Position numbers and translations under genes: made by a program. A stretch of 64,000 nucleotides of DNA from Gammaproteobacteria bacterium (GTDB lineage: Bacteria; Pseudomonadota; Gammaproteobacteria; Eutrophobiales; Eutrophobiaceae), in contig CBDCTH010000012.1 in assembly GCA_965222155.1 (NCBI GenBank), positions 2,048,001-2,112,000 of the forward strand. Direction: 5' to 3'. A model generated the notes under the pieces. That model saw nothing but the letters and a program-made list of their open reading frames with translations. It did not search any database and had not been told where the DNA came from. Below are positions 59,235 to 64,000 of this stretch, piece by piece; the first letter of the stretch is position 1; every line of letters begins with the position of its first letter.

Positions 59235-59846
59235 TTATATTTCACCCTGATTATTTCTTTTCGCAGGTAACAAATCTTCCAACTCTGCAAAGATTTCTTT
59301 TGCACCCTTTTTATCCCGGTAAATTTCACTCAAGGACAAGCCATTTAATTCGTAGGGCAATACCAGCCATTTATCGGTTTCGTGCAAATAATAATCCGGT
59401 ATTCGCCCGGTTCGGTTATTGGCCGGTTTATACCAGAGTACGGCAACACGGACATCCACAGGCATATTCCTGCGAGTTTTTTGAGAAAGTTGATCAATCA
59501 CGGCCTTGACACTCAGCCCGGTGCCATATACATCATCGACAATCAATAGCCTGTTGTCCGCTTCCAGGTTTTCCAGTAAGTATTGCAGTCCATGTACATG
59601 AATACCCGATACATTCTCGATCATGTCTGCATAAGTGTTCATGCCGGCATAAGAGGTGCGTATGGAAATATGATCCGTTTCCACACCGAGGTATTCGAGA
59701 CAGTCCTGTACACCGATACCAACCGGGCTGCCGCCACGCCACAACCCGACGATAAAATCCGGCCTGAATTCACTTGCATGGATTTTTACCGCGAGCCGGT
59801 AACAATCCAGCAATTGATCCTCTGCGTTGATAAATACTTTATCCAA
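59235..59846 (-). CDS. Type I (purine-type) phosphoribosyltransferase
   Basis: GLWRGG, PRPP loop LLIVDDVYGTG, WLVLPYE. Confidence 0.88.
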   Translation of the reverse strand: MDKVFINAEDQLLDCYRLAVKIHASEFRPDFIVGLWRGGSPVGIGVQDCLEYLGVETDHISIRTSYAGMNTYADMIENVSGIHVHGLQYLLENLEADNRLLIVDDVYGTGLSVKAVIDQLSQKTRRNMPVDVRVAVLWYKPANNRTGRIPDYYLHETDKWLVLPYELNGLSLSEIYRDKKGAKEIFAELEDLLPAKRNNQGEI

Positions 59847-59960
59847 TTCTCAAATCCAAACCGATTAAATCATCCCCGGCGCGGGAAAATGATTTAGCAC
59901 AGGCACCCAATATCTAAAAGTATATAATGACACACAGAATATGGTAGAAAATAATTCCCT

Positions 59961-60530
59961 ATGACCGAAAAGCTCTATCTCTCTGCACAAGGCCAACTTG
60001 AAGATTCGTTCAGATTAGGCAGCCAGGTTCTGAAAAGCGGGTTTAAACCCAAAGTCATTATCGCAATATGGCGGGGCGGGGCGCCTATCGGTATCGCGGT
60101 GCAGGAAATACTCGAATACTTCGGCATTAAAACCGACCATATTGCTATTCGTACGTCGTCTTACGGTGGTATTGAAAAACGTTCGGATGACGTGCGCGTT
60201 CACGGCTTGAATTATTTAATTAAAAATATCAATCATACCGATCCGTTACTCATTGTTGATGATGTATTTGATACCGGCCTGACGATTCACGCGGTCATTG
60301 AAACAATACGGGAAAGGGCAAGACTGAATGCACCCGATGATATCCGGGTCGCCGTACCCTGGTATAAACCCAGCCATAATAAAACAGAGCGTGAGCCTGA
60401 TTATTACCTGCACACCACAGAACAATGGATAAAGTTTCCGTTTTCACTGGAAGGATTGACCATTGATGAGATACAACAAAACAGGCCTTCCATATATGAA
60501 ATCCTGGCGCCGGTGATAACTTCTCGCTAA
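59961..60530 (+). CDS. Type I (purine-type) phosphoribosyltransferase
   Basis: AIWRGG, LLIVDDVFDTG, WIKFPF. Confidence 0.9.
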   Translation: MTEKLYLSAQGQLEDSFRLGSQVLKSGFKPKVIIAIWRGGAPIGIAVQEILEYFGIKTDHIAIRTSSYGGIEKRSDDVRVHGLNYLIKNINHTDPLLIVDDVFDTGLTIHAVIETIRERARLNAPDDIRVAVPWYKPSHNKTEREPDYYLHTTEQWIKFPFSLEGLTIDEIQQNRPSIYEILAPVITSR

Positions 60531-60628
60531 TTCAACGCTGTTAATTACAATTTATATCTCAACCTGATTTTTTCTGTTTGCAGTAAAATATCCTTCAACT
60601 CATTTTATGACGTTGAGGGGGACCACGA

Positions 60629-60985
60629 TCAAGTTCGAGGGCTGGTAGAACCTTGTTTTTCGACTCCTCTATACCAGGTCTTAGACATATCCTCACTCAA
60701 AACCGGGGACACATCAGGGTTAATGCTTAGAACGTTCAGCCCAACCCGTGCAGCCATATTCACCAACTTATCGATGGTGAATTTGCTAATCCGATCATGG
60801 ACGAGTTCACTGACTCGTGAACGGGGTACCCCAAACCGCAGTGCGGCCTCTTTTTGAGTGATTCCTTCGCTGCGGATATAATTCGCCAGAATATCCATCA
60901 GTTGAGAACGGAGTTTGAGATTGGCAGATTCTCCCGGGCTGTCTGCAATTGCATCCCATACGCTCTGACAAGTATCAATCTTCAC
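60629..60985 (-). CDS. XRE-family HTH protein (antitoxin-like)
   Basis: SVWDAI..ANLKLRSQLM, TQKEAALRFGVPRSRVSEL, FTIDKLVNM. Confidence 0.85.
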   Translation of the reverse strand: MKIDTCQSVWDAIADSPGESANLKLRSQLMDILANYIRSEGITQKEAALRFGVPRSRVSELVHDRISKFTIDKLVNMAARVGLNVLSINPDVSPVLSEDMSKTWYRGVEKQGSTSPRT

Positions 60986-62742
60986 CGGCGCCTCCTGAAA
61001 CCAGGTCCGGTTGGCTCGTATTCCAATAGTGCTGACTTTCCGACCATCTCAATGAACCGTACTGTCCATTCAGATCCGTTGATATCGGTGAGACGCAAGG
61101 GCTGTTTAAGTTTGAAGTGTACCGGTTGCTGTTCTCCTTCATTTATCGCAATGTTGGTAGTGTAGAGATACATGCGGTCGAGGTTGTCAAGAATTGGGTT
61201 AAGCTGACCAGCTAAATCAGGTAAATGACCAGTCTGCTCCGGGAATATCTCGGAACCGCCCTGCGGCAGTGGTTCGAGTTCTACAGAGAGGGGCTCAGGT
61301 GGATGCCAATCACACTCAACATATGCGCTATGCTCTGGCGCCGCACAGAAGACGGTAATGGGTAGTTCTGAATGAAACCCAAAGGTAACCCGTCCGAACG
61401 CGTCGGTTTCTCCCCCCATCCAGGTCTTATTGGGATAAAGAGCTACGACTTTTGCGCCCGCAAGTGGTCTACCGGACACAAATACCGATACTTCTCCTTC
61501 GATGCCCGCTACCGGTGGATTGGCAGAAGGTATAGTCAACCATAGTTCCGCAACGCCGTTCAATTTGTATTCCGGGTCACGCCCGGTTAACTCCCGGGTC
61601 TGTTCGTAAATAATCGGCACACCTTCACCGCGTTGCTCAAGGAAATACTGCTGGTCGCCAGCGCCGGCGATGTCCCCCACCACGAGCATCCGCAGGTTTG
61701 ATGCAAGGGTTTCATTGCGAGTGGCTTGCCTGCTGCGCATCGCTTCTATGGGCAGGGTATTGGGCAGGGCACCGGGCGAATATAACTCAAGGCGATCATC
61801 GAAGATGAAGAGACGTATTTTCTCGTTATGAATCGAGTAGTCACGATGCACCACAGCATTAACAATGGCCTCAAACACAGATCGCGGACTGAATTGTGGG
61901 GTTTCCATACGCCCAGGGTCCTTGCGCGCTGCTACCCGGGTGTTAAGCCTGATGAAATTCACGGTGTCACGGATCTGCCGGTCTAACGAGCCGGTGATAG
62001 TCGACGCATCATGTTGGCTTGCACGGCCGAGCACTGTGCCGCGATAGCGAACAGCTTCAATCATGGCGCCTCTTATATATTTTTCCGGGTGAGCACAACA
62101 AAGTAAAATACCGGCGACCGTTGCACGTAGGCTACCGTTATCATCTTCCCGCATTAAACCCAGCTTTGTGAGTTGTACTATTTCGGTCTCAATGGCGCGT
62201 GAACTTAAAAAGCGGTCCACAAGACTTGCATCAAGCGTGTTCCGTCCGGTTCCAGCGATGATTGCTTCATCCGGGCCAAGCAAACCGGAACGACCCCGCT
62301 GTTGGAACAGCCGCTGTAGTGCCTCGGATGACAATTCACGCTTGGAACTCCCTTGTCTGACCAAATATCCGCCGGGACTCTTGTGAACCAACGCACTCTG
62401 TTCTACTTCAACAATAAGTACAGATGAATCATCAGGCAAAGCCAGTCGTTGAGTAATAATGTTCAGTTTTGGTCGGATACTATCTTCACAAATCTCGGTG
62501 ACGAAGGCTTCTAACGCATCCATCTGTTGCCGATTCATCGAACGCACATCACCGGAGTCGGACACGTTGAAAATCAACGTACCTCCTCTAGTGTTGCCGA
62601 AAGAGGACAACTCGTCTGCGACAGCATCCCGGTGTGGCGCACGAACGCGGTTCTTAGCGGTGAATTTGACTTCCTTGAACTCAACGCGGCTGTCCTCACC
62701 GAGTTTGAGTTGTTGTAACAAACTTTTATTATCCCAAGCCAT
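60982..62742 (-). CDS. Schlafen/AlbA_2 + RecG-C (HATPase_c_4)-like protein with extra C-terminal domain
   Basis: GEDSRVEFKE, FGNTRGG, EAIVNAVVHRDY, DDRLELYSPG, RN, EQRGEG. Confidence 0.85.
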   Translation of the reverse strand: MAWDNKSLLQQLKLGEDSRVEFKEVKFTAKNRVRAPHRDAVADELSSFGNTRGGTLIFNVSDSGDVRSMNRQQMDALEAFVTEICEDSIRPKLNIITQRLALPDDSSVLIVEVEQSALVHKSPGGYLVRQGSSKRELSSEALQRLFQQRGRSGLLGPDEAIIAGTGRNTLDASLVDRFLSSRAIETEIVQLTKLGLMREDDNGSLRATVAGILLCCAHPEKYIRGAMIEAVRYRGTVLGRASQHDASTITGSLDRQIRDTVNFIRLNTRVAARKDPGRMETPQFSPRSVFEAIVNAVVHRDYSIHNEKIRLFIFDDRLELYSPGALPNTLPIEAMRSRQATRNETLASNLRMLVVGDIAGAGDQQYFLEQRGEGVPIIYEQTRELTGRDPEYKLNGVAELWLTIPSANPPVAGIEGEVSVFVSGRPLAGAKVVALYPNKTWMGGETDAFGRVTFGFHSELPITVFCAAPEHSAYVECDWHPPEPLSVELEPLPQGGSEIFPEQTGHLPDLAGQLNPILDNLDRMYLYTTNIAINEGEQQPVHFKLKQPLRLTDINGSEWTVRFIEMVGKSALLEYEPTGPGFRRRR

Positions 62743-62933
62743 GAAGTACAAATATCAGGAGTATTTACACGCCTGGAAAGCGAGAATCCGTCGGGCGGCA
62801 TCAAGCGAAGTGTACTTGTATAGAATCATGTCTGCATAGGTACTGATACCAGTATAAACGGTAACTCGCGGCCGTCCAACTCTACCTCAGCGGTCAGGAA
62901 GCCTATCAGGGTACCTGACTCTTTCACCCGCTT

Positions 62934-64000
62934 CTATTCCACTTCGGCGCCTGACTTATACCATTGATCGACAAGTCGGCGTTCTTCGCTGGTCATCTGT
63001 GTCAGGTTTGCCAACGGCATGGTCCTGGTGGTGACGGTTCTGTCATGAATACGTTGCGCCCATTGTCTGATTTGTTCCGGGGTGTCGAACATCACGCCGT
63101 TGGGCGCTACGGGCGCGGTGGGATGGTTCGGTTCAGCGGAATGACAGACATTACAACGCTGAACGATCACTTCATTCAGTCGGGAAAATGAAACAGGCTC
63201 TACGAGTTGAGCAGGTTTTATTACCGTATCCTGCTCCGGAATGGCCCTGGATTTAGGGGCAGCCAGGAACGCAACCACGGCAATAATGATAATCGCGATA
63301 ACGAGCAGAGCGGGCGCCGCCTTGCCCTGGTTGCGCAGGTTGAAGAAATGCCGGATCAATACCCCGACGATGAAGATGGCAATGAGCAGCAGCCAGTTGT
63401 ATTCATGCCCGTAGGTCATGGGATAGTGGGGGCTCAGCATAACGAACAATACAGGCAGGGTGATGTAGTTGTTATGCACGGAACGCTGTCTGGCCTTGAG
63501 ACCCGGTAACGGGTCCGGCTCTTCGCCGCGCTGTTTGGCCTGCACCAGTTCACGCTGGCCCGGAATGATGACCATGAGCACATTGGCGACCATAATGGTG
63601 CCCAGCATGGTGCCGATTTGAATATAAGCGCCGCGTCCGCTGAACAGCTGCGATACGATATAAACGGCGACAACCAGGAATAAAAAGCCGAGCAGCCCAA
63701 TCCAGGCGTCAGTCAAGCCGCTCCTGCATAGCAGGTCGTAGACGACCCAGGCCACTACAATGAAGCCGATACTGATACCAATGGCCATGCCGCCCGTGAT
63801 ATCGGCAACGGTTTTATCGACCAGGTACACATCGGCATTGACGTAATACATCACAACGAGCAAAGCAAACCCGGTCAACCAGGTGGCATAAGCCTCCCAC
63901 TTGAACCAGTGCAGAGGTTCGGGCAATTCTCCGGGCGCGACCTTATACTTCTGTGCGTGATAGAAACCCCCGCCATGCACTGCCCAGAGATCGCCGGCCA
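62934..64000 (-). CDS. puuD: Urate hydroxylase PuuD (membrane domain + cytochrome c), 5'-truncated by window edge
   Basis: WAVHGGGFY, LHWFKWEAY, RSVHNNY.TLPV, CNVCH heme motif, MPLAN. Confidence 0.92.
   Translation of the reverse strand, partial: AGDLWAVHGGGFYHAQKYKVAPGELPEPLHWFKWEAYATWLTGFALLVVMYYVNADVYLVDKTVADITGGMAIGISIGFIVVAWVVYDLLCRSGLTDAWIGLLGFLFLVVAVYIVSQLFSGRGAYIQIGTMLGTIMVANVLMVIIPGQRELVQAKQRGEEPDPLPGLKARQRSVHNNYITLPVLFVMLSPHYPMTYGHEYNWLLLIAIFIVGVLIRHFFNLRNQGKAAPALLVIAIIIIAVVAFLAAPKSRAIPEQDTVIKPAQLVEPVSFSRLNEVIVQRCNVCHSAEPNHPTAPVAPNGVMFDTPEQIRQWAQRIHDRTVTTRTMPLANLTQMTSEERRLVDQWYKSGAEVE

Overview
Gammaproteobacterial chromosome segment; the many repeats and eroded genes suggest a host-associated lineage (inference). 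Core blocks: NCS2 permease (partial); gyrA-serC-pheA-hisC-tyrA-aroA-cmk-rpsA-ihfB-lapA-mfd; rnt-pyrC / tas-purB-purL-msrPQ-smr; tpiA-secG-tRNA-Leu(GAG); yciO-trpS-scpAB/rluB; yciB-bolA-dam; a GuaB-like enzyme with two divergent phosphoribosyltransferases; puuD (partial). Accessory regions: (i) about 16.6-24.5 kb, a decayed defence/TA islet (ImmA/IrrE+DUF4411, deleted type I R-M, kinase split by an AbiE module, HigBA, PD-(D/E)XK nuclease); (ii) about 35.9-42.8 kb, a decayed island at tRNA-Leu (RelE/HTH, HipBA, HicB, IS remnants, TBDR/sulfatase fragments, nucleotidyltransferase-like pair); (iii) an AraC-TBDR-hydrolase-M14 peptidase islet; (iv) an AAA+/DUF4143 gene; (v) a Schlafen/AlbA_2 fusion. 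The most notable signals are a single repeat-spacer-repeat (38+35+38 bp) disrupting a nuclease gene; a ~176-bp MITE with 9-bp TSDs whose core is inverted in one copy; a ~125-bp CACAGAG-periodic element punctuating operons and supplying the HisC C-terminus; a palindromic element translated in frame inside PurL; and a GuaB homologue lacking the IMPDH Arg-Tyr dyad. Family assignments come from recalled motifs, not database searches.
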